A stretch of DNA of 64,000 nt, taken from contig CM060732.1 of the NCBI GenBank assembly GCA_030704615.1, forward strand, positions 70,866,001 through 70,930,000. The letters run 5' to 3'. Source of the stretch: Takakia lepidozioides (lineage: Eukaryota; Plantae; Bryophyta). Position 1 is the first letter of the stretch; each line of letters starts with the position of its first letter. The notes under the pieces were generated by a model. The model saw only the letters and a program-made list of their open reading frames with translations. It made no database searches and was not told the DNA's origin. A program made the translations under genes and the position numbers. Shown here in pieces: positions 26,601 through 39,166 of the stretch.

Positions 26601-28680
26601 AGAACTTTTGCTCATTTTACCGATATGATGAAGGACCATAAAGCACAGCTGATCAGTTTTTGTAGCAACCTGTGCAGAGGTTGAATCACCTGGAGACAAA
26701 AATAGTGCACCTGGAGTGCCAATCCAGACCCTTTGGCAGGTAACATGAGTGTTTCCAACATAAAGTTTCATGCTCTAATGCAGTCAACAATCTTTTGGGC
26801 AGATTCTCCACTGGTCAGTGGAAATTGCCACCTTTTATTGCCATTGTATCCACTTGAGTTATGTTTTGGACACAGACTTGGATCAAAGGGCACTTGAGGG
26901 TCTCAAAAGTGATTAGTACCTACAATTGGTCAAGTAACAATTCTCTTGGCTGCTTTTGAAAAGGGAAACTCAAGGGGTTCAACATGCCTTACAATGCAGT
27001 GAGATCTCTTTTTCTTGTTCTCTTTTATCCTCTCCAGATCCATTTGTCTCCATGTCTCTGTGTGTCTCCGCGTCCCTGTCCGTAGGCCCTCTATGGATGT
27101 TATGAAGTCTTTTCTCTTGTATCTGCCTTTCCTTTGAGCTTCCCACGGATGTTATAAAGTACCATTCCATTTCTTCCTTTCTTCTGAAAAACAAACACCA
27201 CAACCACAAACTGGACTCAGTATGCAACAATTTTAAGTCCATTTTTATGGCGTCTTTTCTGCACCCCTCCCCCCAGCTTTTCGATCATGTCTCTATACGC
27301 TATACAGCAACTCGAGGTCCATGACTACATTCTCTGTGTCTCAGTTCATTTCTTTAAAGGCTGGCAAGGGCATGTTTTCCTTCCTGAAATCTGTCTATCT
27401 TCTCTCGAGTACTGAAGTCATGTTTGTTATGGCCCTGTAGAACTTGGATGAGCAGTTGCTCGAGGAGCATGAGAAGTTTGGAACTGTGCCAGATTCAAAT
27501 GGCATTAAGCACCACTTTATTCTCCCCATCCATGCCAAGGTATCCCTATACTGATGGATTCCCGCTTCACATTCTCAACTCATCTCCAGGTTCTCATGTG
27601 ATCATTGTACCATGAAGCTATGGATTCAAGACATCGATTTATCCACTTCAGGGACTCTCTACAGGTGAGGTGCGGAAACCATGATATGATTGTGATTGAA
27701 TGCAGCAATAAAACATGAGGTGCAGCATTGCAAAAACAGCGCTCCATGGGTTCAACTCAGGTGGGACCTATTTCATCACCATATCTGTCTCAGAGCTAGA
27801 TGAGTAATTAGACCTGACACTGTTCAAGTCTCAAAAGGCATGAGCAGTTATTGTTGTCTTTCAAGATTCCCAGGCTTTTTGAAGAGACCTTGACCTGGCA
27901 TGTATAATTGTAGCTTACCTCCAAAGAGCCACAGTAGTTGTTTCTAAAATGGTTACTTCTTGTTCTACTGTGTTCCATTGGCCCTTAGTACGTTATGAAA
28001 TTTTCTGTCTTTTTTTCTGGCCCCCAAGGACGTTATGAAGTTCCTCTCATTTCCTTTCTCTCTTTGAGCTTTCCATGGACGTTATAAAGTACCATTTCAT
28101 TTCATTTCGTTTCTCTAGCCATGCAGACTGCAGATTCCATTTCAACCAACAGGAAATTGAGACTGTCCAATTCGTACCAATGTCTGGGTCTGGTTATCCA
28201 CTCATCCAAATTTTAGTTCGCCCAACTACATCTATGGACAGATTGACAAAGGGAAAGGCTGCCTCCATCCGCCTCCAGGCCAAATGCAATAAGATACATC
28301 TGTGCCAGGCCCCAACATACACAAATGGAAACTACTTAGTGGCATCAAAGAGAGAGAATGAAAGGAGGGAGGTGGACGAAGTAGAACAACATGAGAGAAA
28401 CATGAGTGGTTTGTATGAGGGAGAAGTTCTTATCGTCATCTCTGAGAACTGAGGGTTGTAGCTCCATTAAACTGCTTGACCGGAGTTGGTGCACTGACCA
28501 CTACCATTGTGAAAGCGGGGATATTCTGCTGAAGAGTGAGAGCTGGAAGTGTCTGTGCTATCACGATTGTCAGAATAGCTGAAAATGTAGGAGTTGCAAC
28601 TTGAAGCATGAAGAAGTTTCATGAGAAGCTCAATCCATTTGATTGTGGCTGTGATGAATCATGAATATCCCAAGAGAATA

Positions 28681-28763
28681 GGGGTTCGAGTTCATCACTT
28701 CATTCCAGGAGGTCGCTCCGGATGGACAGTGGACCCTGGCATGAAGTGATGAACTCGGGCCCC
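28681..28763 (+). ncRNA. Candidate miRNA-like fold-back
   Basis: 29-bp stem with one mismatch and two G:U pairs: GGGGTTCGAGTTCATCACTTCATTCCAGG pairs with CCTGGCATGAAGTGATGAACTCGGGCCCC. Confidence 0.35.
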
Positions 28764-30273
28764 CATCGCCCGCTTCTTAACTGAGACGGAGCCACAAATG
28801 GGAGGCCACTGAAGGTTAGTTGGCCTGGCATGATATCTCCGCATCGCAAAGGGCTCTCCGGCACGGCTGATGCAACACTGGAGTCTTTTTGCATGCGAGC
28901 GTCTCATAAGATTCCTCAAAGTGATCGGGAAGAGAGAATGGAAAACATACCCAACACCTCAGTTATGTCGTGGGAACCCTTCTGACATGTTTCTTCTATC
29001 CCCATGGAGCCAGGAGGGAGCTGCAGATGGAAGGAAATGATAGCCAAGAGCAAAGCTCATTGTGGGCTGAAGGAACTCAAACCCTAAGCGAACGGCCCGG
29101 ATTCTAACACATGAGAAGCTTTCACCTCACATCTGATTTGTGTCAGGGATGCATAGGTGGAACTGAATTAATAACAAACTGCAGGGAGGAAGTACGGAAA
29201 TCGGGATAGTCATTCATGTGGTCGATCATGTGTGCCAGGATTCAAAATGTGGAGCCGCGAGCGTCACTGATGGACTTGTGGAACTTGAGAGTCTGGAGAT
29301 TCAGGAAAAGAAATGCTTGTTTATATACAGGAAGTGCAGGCCAGTAGCTACCTCAAGGGCTACTACCCCTTTCTGCAAAAAACAAAAGAAAAGAAAAAAA
29401 GAAAAAAAGAAAAAAAAAATGAAGGGGCATTGAAGTGCAAATTTGATTAAAAGGGCCTCCGTCCCCTTTCCTCTTAAAAACAAATGCCCAGGCGCAGATG
29501 GAGGGGCAGAATGGAGTGCCGGACATATGGATGCGATCTAGTCCGTCCATATGGTATCATTGAAGGGCGGAGATGTGCGTGAAGGGGCAAGAATTGGGGC
29601 AAAAGGAAGAAGAAGACCGAGGGAGGAAGGGAGGGAGAGAGAGAGAGAAGGAGGGCGAGCAGGCGAGGGCGGTGGGGTGCCAGTGTTCCATCGCGGCCCT
29701 GAGAAGAGCCGGGCAGAGTGAGAAAGAGGGGGAGAAGGATTCGAACAAGAAGGGGAATTTGATGAGGAAACAAGGGGATGGAGAATTTGGGAGGATCGCA
29801 AGATGACCCGGGGGAGAATTTGGAGTCGCAACATGAAACCCTAGGAGTGGAGGATGGGGAGTATGATGATGGGAGCGATGGATTGCCTCACAGAAACAAT
29901 AGGATGTATAAGAGGACAAATTGGACGCATGAAAAGGTGATGGTGTTGCAGGATGCGAAGCGGGAGGACCCGGAGCGACAGATGAGAAGGAATGGGAAGG
30001 ACAAACACCTGAGCTCGCAGGAGAGGTGGATGTTCATTGAGGACCTTTGCTGGAACCAGGGTATTGAGAGGAGCGGTAGGCAATGCCAGGATAAGTGGGA
30101 GTCGTTGGTAGCATATTTCCACAAGATTAGCAAGTATGAGAAGAAGCTCAGCAATGGTCGCAAATCATATTGGCAGATGTCAGTGACAGAGAGAAAGACA
30201 AGAAGATTTCCCCCTAACTTTTGGAAGGACGTGTATGATGCAGTTTCTCTGTGGTATGTGAGGAAGACGACGG

Positions 30274-33200
30274 CCTGGGGAGTGCACTCCAACCAATATG
30301 TACCAGCCACGTGCGTGCACAGGAGGGGGTATTTTAAACCCCTCCATGTACAACATTATACATATAGAGGGGGGTTTAAATCACCTTAAATATAATCTTA
30401 CAGGAGGGGGTTAATGAATTTCAAGGGTGGTCTAGTGGTAAGAAAGTAGATTGTGTCGCGACGCACCGCTGGATCAAATCGCGATGCACTGTTTTTTTGT
30501 TTTTCTGTTTTTTTTTCTCCCCGCGATGTGTCTCCCGCGGGCTCTCTTTTTCCTCCTCTCCCGCGCCCCTTCCGCGTTAGCTTGGTCTTAGCAGGCCATG
30601 TTTCAATCTCTTCCTGCTCAATCTCGCCGTGGGTAGATGGTCAACTGGAAACAACAGCGGCAGCAGTGCATTGATAGAACAAGGCACTGCTAATGAAGGT
30701 ACCTTCTTCAACGCATTTCAGCCTGATTAGTAGAGTTGTCCCTAATTTTTCATGTTGAATTCTGCAAGTTAGCTCGTTGGTGGATCTATGGTGGTTTTGG
30801 AGTGATTTTGTGCTCCCTCCACCTTCTTCTTCAACCTATTTCAGTTTGTTTTGCCCTCTCATCATTAGGGTTTAGGGTGTTTGCTAGAAGAACTTCATGC
30901 CATCAGTGTCAGCTGCTAGTAGCAAGGCTGAGGATGTATTCATGATTTGTCCACAGGCAGGGATCGTTAAGGACCAGGGATAGAGGTCCAGATTCATCCA
31001 AGAGGGTCGGATTTCAAACACAAGTTTTCTTCTACTTCCCTGTGAATCAATAGCTACAAGCAATCGCGCGGGTAGATGGTCAACTGGAAACAGCAGCGGT
31101 AATTTGGTCGGAGTTGCACCTTTTCGGGTGTACTTCTTTTCCCTGATATCAGAGTTTTTCCCCGTTTTTGCCTGAAGGAGCAGGGGTAGAGTGTGGGTCT
31201 TGATTCATCCACGAGGGTTGGACTTCAAGCTCCAGATTACCTTGATTCCATGTGGGTCAGTAGCTACAAGAAACCTGCATGGGTAGATGGTAAACTAAAG
31301 GTAGCAGCTGTAGCGGCACAGATGATAAAATCAGGCACCTCAACCATGACCACAACTTCTGAAAGAGGATCAAGAGAGGGAGTCCACAATGCCTCTTCTG
31401 GCACTTCTGGGCATATGAAGATACTTTGTGCGGCAGACAGCCTGACAGAGGCTCTATAGATTCTAAACCAAGGAGGCATTTCAGCAGATTCAGATATGTA
31501 TGTCTGTCTCTTGCTTAAGTGCATCAAGATAGAAGGTCTCGAAGCTGGAAAGCACATGCACACTCACATTATCCAAAGTGGATTCACGACAAATGTTTTT
31601 CTACTCAACACCCTTATCAATATGTATGTTAAGTGCCGAGCAGAACTAGCCACGGCCACCCCAGGGCGTCACTAGTGTTCAACAGAATGCCTCAACGATC
31701 TTTGATCACGTGGAATATAATGATGGCAGGATGCAATGCGTGTGCAAGCTTGGGAGCTCTGGAAAAGGGGAAAGAGGTCCATGGTAACCTTGTCAAAGCT
31801 AGAATTGTACCAGATGTCATTCTGAACACTGCCCTGGTAGAATGTTTGCCAAATGTGGGTGCATTAAGGACGCGAGGGGAGTTTTCAACACTCTGGCTGA
31901 ACGAGTGGTGTCATGGAACGTGATGCTTGCAGGGTAGGGTATGCACAGTAGGGGCACGAGATGGCTTGGCTTTGGAGACTATGAGCAAATGATGGGGGGA
32001 GGGGTGAAGCCTAACCACATCGCAAGGCATTTCAGCAGATTCAGATATGTATGTCTGTCTCTTGCTTAAGTGCATCAATGGAAGGTCTGGAAGCTAGAAA
32101 GCACGTGCATACTCATGTTATCCAAAGTGGATTCACGTCAAATATTTTTCTACTGAACACCCTTGTCAACATGTATGTTAAGTGCGGGAGATCATCGATG
32201 CTCACCAAGTGTTCAACAGAATGCCTCAACGATCTTTGATCAGGTGGAATTATAATATTGTTGGCAATATGCCTTCAGGATGCAATGCGTGTGCAAGCCT
32301 GGGAGCTCTGGAAAAGGGGAAAGAGGTCCATGGTGACATTGTCAAAGCTGGAATTGTACTAGATGTCATTCTGAACACTGCCCTGGTGGACATGTATGCC
32401 AAATGTGGGTGCATTAAGGATGCGAAGGGAGTTTCCAACACTATGGCTGAACAAGATGTGGTGTCATGGAACGCGATGCTTACAGGGTATGCACAGCAGG
32501 GACGTGGTATGGAGGCTTTGGATACCTATGATCAAATGATGGGGGAAGGGGTGAAGCCGGACCACATCACGTTTGTGTGCATTTGCAATGCGTGTGCAAG
32601 TGTGGCAGCTCTGGAAAAGGGCAAAGAGGTCCATGGTGACATTGTCAGAGCTGCAATTGTATCAAATGTCATTCTGAACAATACCCTTGTGGACATGTAT
32701 GAAGGGCGAGCGTGTATGGCTGAACGAGATGTGCTGTCGTGGAGTGCGATCATTGTAGGATATGCACAGCAAGGGCGCGGGATGGAGGCTTTGGAGACCT
32801 ATGAGCAAATGGTGTGCGAAGGGGTGAAACCCGCGCTTTGCATTGCATGATGTTGAGGAAGAGCTTAAAGAATTGTCTCTTTGCCACCACAATGAGAAGC
32901 TGGCCATTGATTTTGCATTCTTTGCCAGCTGCGAGTCAGGTTGGACTCCAACAGTGGCAGCAAAGGTGCATGAAATCTTTTCGGAGAGGAATTCTCAACA
33001 AGAGGTTTTGAACATAATTGGACCTTGCGAAGGTTGAGACTGTAGAACAAGTTCAGAAATTGTCCTAATCAATGAACAGAGGTGCAGTGACTAAGGTCTT
33101 GATGGTCCTCAAGAGAGTCACTCTCTGATGAAAATACCCAGGACTGTGTATCAGACAATGGAAACTTTCTTCAGGCCTCTTGCACATTGGGCATTAACAA

Positions 33201-33601
33201 TGTCCCTTTCCTCTCTACATCTGTTTCTTCCAGAGTGAGATATTTGATATCAACTTGACGATTCCACACCAAGTCTTTGATAATTTTATCGAGGGCAATT
33301 TTTTTTTTAAATTAATTCATTAGTATTCTGTTCTAAAATAAATAAAGTTGATATAATATAAAAACATACATATACATATTTGAGGGTATTTTTTAATGAT
33401 TGAAAAGGGAAATATACATACAGAAGGGGGTACTTTTTAAAGATAATAAATTTCTATATATTTATAGGAGGGGTTTTATAATCTTCAAAATGTATGTACA
33501 GAGGGGGTATAAATGATCCAAGGACCCGTATACAGGGGGTTTTTTTATTAGGCGACGCACGCACGTGATACAGACATTTTATAAAGAGTGCACCCCCCAG
33601 G
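30274..33601. mobile_element. Non-autonomous Pack-type DNA transposon (16-bp TIR, 8-bp TSD)
   Basis: TIRs CCTGGGGAGTGCACTC / GAGTGCACCCCCCAGG (15/16). Perfect TSD GACGACGG at 30266-30273 and 33602-33609. No transposase inside. Confidence 0.92.
30960..32920 (+). pseudogene. Captured PDF-motif, PLS-class PPR and partial DYW fragments
   Basis: HPRGSDFKHK..SL*INSYK, MWVSSYKKPAWVDGKL; ACASLGALEKGKEVH, NTALVDMYAKCG, DVVSWNAMLTGYAQQG; HDVEEELKELSLCHHNEKLAI (start of DYW). Many frameshifts and an internal ~550-bp duplication (31474 vs 32025). Confidence 0.88.
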
Positions 33602-34860
33602 GACGACGGTTGATCCCAGCGAACTTATTCTTGACACTTCAGCTCCCTTCAGACATGAAATCGGTGATGATGACGATACGCAAGGTCTGGTTGATGAAGA
33701 TGTGGACACGTATGCAACTCCGCAGCTTGTAGGTCACCACCACTCTTTGAATTCATCCTCTACCTTCACCATGCTGTAACTTCCTCTTTGTGTTGTGGTG
33801 AAATGCAAGGCTTCTGTATACCTAATTTACAGGCGAGAAAGTCTTAAAACGACTCCCAGTAGGACGTGAGAGATATTGTGGGAGATGATCTGAGTGAATG
33901 GGTCCCCCTTACAACAACTGTTGGTAGAGTGTTCCAGCCCTTTGTTGTCCTTGAGCAAATGCACTATAACATATGTCTAGAGCGCCACAATCTGTACACG
34001 GTGAATGGGAACCATATGGTTATGTTGGAGAAGGCCAGTTGTGGTCACACTGTGACTCAGTGAGTTCAGACCAAGATTTATATGTTACTGTGGGTGTAAG
34101 TGTAGAATGGTGGTAATCCCTCTTCTGATCTTTCTGTTATGCCTAAAGACAACCAGTATTCTATTCAGGGATGAAGGGAACTTCAAATTGGCCACATGAA
34201 TGCCAAACAGGTGACAGAGAAGAAAGGTTGACAAACAAGGAAACAAGTGAACCCCTGCCTGCCCTTGTCACCCCAAGAGAAGAGACTCCTTGATTGGATT
34301 ATATGCTTCCAAAGAGTGTCGTACTGAGCCCTTTCTTCCCATGGGTGGGATTTTGCTTGGAAGGGCCACAATGTACTTGCACATAACCATAACTAGGGGG
34401 CACTTACAGACCTTTTTGCAGATTTTATCACTTAGATCTGGAAATTGAAAAGAAAACTCTGCATCATGTCTCACATTCTATCTTATCTACAACTTATTTT
34501 ACAACCTTGACCATTTGAGGGTGTACTATGACATTACATTGTACTGAACTTCAGTAAATTTTGACCTTTGCAGGGATAAACACAAGCAACACAGTAGGCA
34601 GCAATGCCAAGTATTCAAAGACCGGTGAGGAGGCCGACGAGCAGATGGATTGCCCAAGCACAGGCAGGAAACGGAAGTGTTCAATATTGGTAGCTATGTC
34701 AAGGACAACCAATGGGCTAGCATCTATCCTAGAACACAACAATCAGAAGGTTGTAGATGCAATGATGAGATTCGAGGACAGGAAAGACAAGCGGCACAAA
34801 GAAGACACCATGGTAGCGAGCAAAGAGCTGAGAGGAGTGTGCGAAGAGAGAGGAGCAGCA

Positions 34861-36201
34861 ATGTCTGCAAAGGCAAAGAAAGGAAAGAACTTTCGAACTG
34901 ATGATGAGAGACAACTATGCAAATCATTTTTACATGTCTTCCAAGCATATCGCAGGCAATGGCCAAAAAAATGTCACCGCAACTTGCCACGACCCCCTAG
35001 GCTAGTATGTCGTCACCCTGGCCGCGCGCGACCAGGGCTCGCCACCACTTTGCGCCAAAGTGCTGGTCAGCCCACTCAACGTGCAAAGGGAACCATCTCA
35101 TTTCGAGTTCGAAGGCTGGCTTCTTCATAGCCTCCCAAAACGCACTGCAGGGGTCACCATGGCGATTCACCTCCATCGGTGGCACCACGATCTTTGCCAA
35201 CTCCACGTCCTGTATCGCCAAGGCCACGTTCTTCTTCCCACCCTCTCCCTTCTTTGTAGCCTCCTTCCCCTGCTCCTTTGTTACCCCACTGCCCTCCCCC
35301 GCATGCACACATGGGACTTCTTCTTTTTCTTTTTCTTTTTCTTCCCCTTCCCCGCTACTCCCTCTCTCTCCTTCTCCTTCTCCCTTCTCTCTCTCTCCTC
35401 AACAGCCCCTTCATTGATGGTAAAAAGAATCTCAGGAGGTCGAGGCCTCTTCTTCTTACCCAAGGAGCTTCGAAACAAAATGGGGAGTCATCAAGCACAA
35501 TGTGGCAAAGTTTGTATGTAACTATGGGGCGGTATTGCAGTTAGTGGAACATCACTGAAGATACGCTACAAAAAGCATTGGAGCTTTACAAATTGAAGCA
35601 TCCTAAAAAATTGTCGTTTGGATTTAATATTCACTGCTGGTTACTACTGAAGGACATACCTAGGTGGGCTGATATGAGAGATGAGCAGAAAAAAACCCTG
35701 CCCATGAAGAGAAATGCTAGTGGTCAAGTAGATGAAGCAGACAATTCTAGCTCTATGGAGGTTCAGGATGCCACGGTAAATTTCACTGAAGAGAAGGTTC
35801 TGAAACATCCGTAGGGCTCTCGAGCAGCCAAGGAGCAGCAAAAGACACAAACGATTAAAGAACGTGCTCATAGGGCACAAACTCAAGCAACTGTAGAGAT
35901 GGCAGTTGCGACATTAAAGAAAGCAGAGATTATGCAAGATCAAAGTGCACTTGCACTATTCACCATAGCAGATGACGAAGTGACTTCGGAGGAGGCTCGT
36001 GAGTATTTGAGACTCAGAAGACAAGAGGAGTTGGTGAAGCTACGAAGGCGGTTGGAAGTTGGTGAATTTGCAAAGCTGCAAACATCCCATACAAACCCCA
36101 TAGACACACCTCCTATTCGGCAAGCAGACTTGGCTCCCCAGCTAGACCCAGACACTGGATTTGCAAGCCACATGGAGACTGGACTCAACGAAGATGAATG
36201 A
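34861..36201 (+). pseudogene. Harbinger ORF1 (Myb-like / NAM-associated), disrupted
   Basis: GKNFRTDDERQLCKSFLHV; RSFETKWGVIKHNVAKF; FGFNIHCWLLLKDIPRW; REYLRLRRQEEL. A foreign segment occupies ~34980-35455. Confidence 0.75.
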
Positions 36202-36240
36202 CAGGTGTCATTGTGAAGATAAATGACAGGCATTTTTATT

Positions 36241-38000
36241 TCAATGAGAACTATTGCCTTTCAAGGCCCACAAATGCTCTATCAAATCTGCCCTAAGGTT
36301 GAAATGAGTTTGTGAATCCTCCAGCTCTTTAGTGCCTTGTTTGTAGGCCTCGAAAGTTAGCCCTCTTCTGAAATGTATGCCATTGTCAAGCTCAAATAAA
36401 GATTCCATATTGCTGTCACTCTCGTCTTCAATTATCATGTTGTGTAAAATCACACAAGCTCTCATAATATCTGAGATTGTCTTCATGCCCCATTGTTTAG
36501 AGGGGTTTTGTATTATGCAAAATCTGGATTGCAGCACACCAAAACATCTTTTCACATCTTTCCTTTTTGCTTCTTGTATCTTGGCAAAGTACTGCATTTT
36601 CTCATCTTGTGGCTCGTGTATGGTTTGAACAAAACAGCTCCATCTAGGATAGATTCCATCTGCCAAGAGATAATAACGGGGGTACGAATTCCCTTCACCA
36701 CAAAGCTTAAGTCACCTGCTTCACCCCTCAATAAATCAACGACTAATGGAGACCTATCAATACATTAATATCATTATTTCCTCCTGGCATGCCAAAGAAA
36801 GCATGCCATACCACAGGGATTGATCGACAATGGCCTCTAGAATAATTGATCTAGATTTGTCTAGATCTAGATTGTCTTGAAACTGCCCTTGCAAGGGAAC
36901 AGATGGAAACTGCCCTTGCCCTTGCCACATGGCAATTTTTCCATCCTTAGTGCATACAATCAATTGATGCGAACATCCCAGGAAAGCCTCTTGCTTTGTT
37001 GATTTCTAGCTGCTTCACAAGGTCAGCTCTGGTTGGCTGCCTCAAGTACGTAGACTCAAAAATTGCCCTAATGGCTGCCACAAATCGTTTAATGGCTTCC
37101 ATCATGGTGCCATCACCTACATATGGAAACTGCCCTTGCCCTTGCCACATGGCAATTTTTCCATCCTTAGTGCATACAATCAATTGATGCGAACATCCCA
37201 GGAAAGCCTCTTGCTTTGTTGATTTCTAGCTGCTTCACAAGGTCAGCTCTGGTTGGCTGCCTCAAGTATGTAGACTCAAAAATTGCCCTAATGGCTGCCA
37301 CAAATCGTTTGATGGCTTCCATCATGGTGCTATCACCTACAGATGGAAACTGCCCTTGCCCTTGCCACAGGGCAATTTTTCCATCTGTAGTGCATACAAT
37401 CAATTGATGCGAACATCCCAGGAAAGCCTCTTGCTTTGTTGATTTCTAGCTGCTTCACAAGGTCAGCTTTGGTTGGCTGCCTCAAGTACATAGACTCAAA
37501 AATTGCCCTAATGGCTGCCACAAATCGTTTAATGGCTTCCATCATGGTGCTATCACCTAACCTGCACTCTTCATCCACAACATCAGCACTCACTCCATAT
37601 GCGAGCATCCTCAATGTAGCGGTGCATTTTTGAATGAAAGACAATCTAAGAAGCCTAGCCGCATCTCTCTTTTGAACAAAATATGTATCATGTGTACATA
37701 TTTTATCCATAATTTTTAGAAACAACCTCTGGCTCATCCTATATCGACGTCTAAACAATTCTGCAGAGTACACTGGTGAATATGAGAAGTAGTCGCGAAA
37801 GATTCTATCATGCCCTCGCTGTCTATCCCGCTCCGCGTTTGTAGATCGCCCAGCCCTAGAGCTGCCTCTTTTTTTTGCTTCATGGTTTTCAAAGTTTCAT
37901 CAAGCTGATCTACAAGAATAGACAAGATAACGTTGTCATCGTCATCTAATTCGTCTTGCAATTGGGAGTAAAGTTGTTGTCTCCAACGTTGTAAATCCAT
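36241..38000 (-). pseudogene. Harbinger/Pong DDE transposase, frameshifted
   Basis: FRRRYRM, LRMLAYG, RGFPGMFASIDCMH, ILEAIVD, GGNNDINVL, LADGIYP, RKDVKRCFGVLQSRF, CVILHNMIIEDE. Confidence 0.9.
36901..37560. repeat. Tandem triplication of a 220-bp transposase segment
   Basis: Near-identical copies at 220-bp spacing (ORF ends 36947/37167; starts 36996/37216/37436). Confidence 0.93.
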
Positions 38001-38468
38001 GACGCACGGAGCATAAAAGGAGAACGCACGGGAAAAACAAGTGGAGGGAAGAACTTCGAGCGGCAAAGTATGTTGGTCACCATTTGCCGTCGACCGGTGG
38101 GCCATCGTGAAGCGTCAAACGGCACATGCCCTCATGGGTCCGTCAAGTTCACCTTCAAATCACTTTTACCGTGCTCATGTACCGTGCACCGCTGGAGATG
38201 TTCTTAGGCAGTTATTGGGTTTCCAGGGCATGAAAACCAAGTTATCAACCAGGTTATCAACCCGGTTATCAATATATTTCGATAACCGGAACTGTTCAAA
38301 AAAATGTGATACGGATAATATGTAGTTATGTGGTTTTTGATAACCATGCTACATTGATAACCGCAGGTTATATGATGATAAATAACCGGATAGAGAACCA
38401 GATAAGGGGATAAGGGAAATAAAAATGTCGGTTATGGGTGTATACATATATTAGTTACATTTATTTTA

Positions 38469-39058
38469 GGAAGATAATAGGAATAATGTAAAAACTTAAT
38501 GGACGCGTGTGATCGGACAGTACTTTCGCCGGATTCCGGCAACCTGGGCTCCTCCGGCAGGGCTCCTGTCAAATCCTCCCCACCCCATATTATCTCGGTT
38601 TCACTTTTGAATACTTACGAATCCGAGATGGTTGCAAGTTGTGGTGGGTAGTCTGATGGTAAGGTGATAGCAATGGAGGTGGCGAGGCTCTGGGTTCAAT
38701 TCTTGATGGGAGGTTGTGGCAGTGTAACCCCGGTCGATGTAACCCTCGGTAACCTCGATTTCTCATGTAACTCTGGTTGGTCCATTTTATACTTAGCCAC
38801 ATTTGGACTTAGTCAAATTTCGAGTTACACTCCATTCTGTGTAACCCCGAGTGGAGTTACACACCTCGCCGTGTAACCCGATGTAACCCCGAGTGGAGTT
38901 ACTAACCTCGTGTAACCCCGAATGGAGTTGACACTCCTTCAGTCCCATGTCACCCTCAAGAGAGGGTGGGGAAGATTTGACATGCCGGAAACCGGCGTAC
39001 CATCCTGTCAGAGGTTGCACGTGTACATTAAGTTCTTACATTATTCCTATTATCTTCC
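38469..39058. mobile_element. Mutator-family MITE (590 bp)
   Basis: 33-bp TIRs GGAAGATAATAGGAATAATGTAA(A/G)AACTTAATG. Perfect 9-bp TSD TTTATTTTA (38460-38468, 39059-39067). Confidence 0.95.
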
Positions 39059-39166
39059 TTTATTTTAGGGCGTGGGGTATCAAGCAAGGAGGGGGCAGAC
39101 GCGCAGGTCTTAAATGCGGGTCATGTAGAGCGTGGGCCCACAGCAAGCCCTTAAAAGTGTTTCCAC

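Larger units (their letters stand above)
29778..34830 (+). pseudogene. Trihelix (Myb/SANT-like) transcription factor gene interrupted by transposons
   Basis: NWTHEKVMVL..ERW..IED.CW..GIERSGRQCQDKWESL..SYWQM..ERK..FP.NF..DVYDA. The frame resumes at 33610 after the insertion; a C-terminal coiled-coil exon lies at ~34573-34830. Confidence 0.85.
34861..38204. mobile_element. PIF/Harbinger (Pong-like) element, left end missing
   Basis: Convergent Myb/NAM-like ORF1 (+) and DDE transposase (-). The right end CCGCTGGAGATGTTCT is a Harbinger/Tourist-type TIR. Confidence 0.85.

Noticed and set aside
25600-26900. Weak coding-like fragments (lipid-kinase-like or ankyrin-like)
   Set aside because: Too short and degenerate to name without a search.
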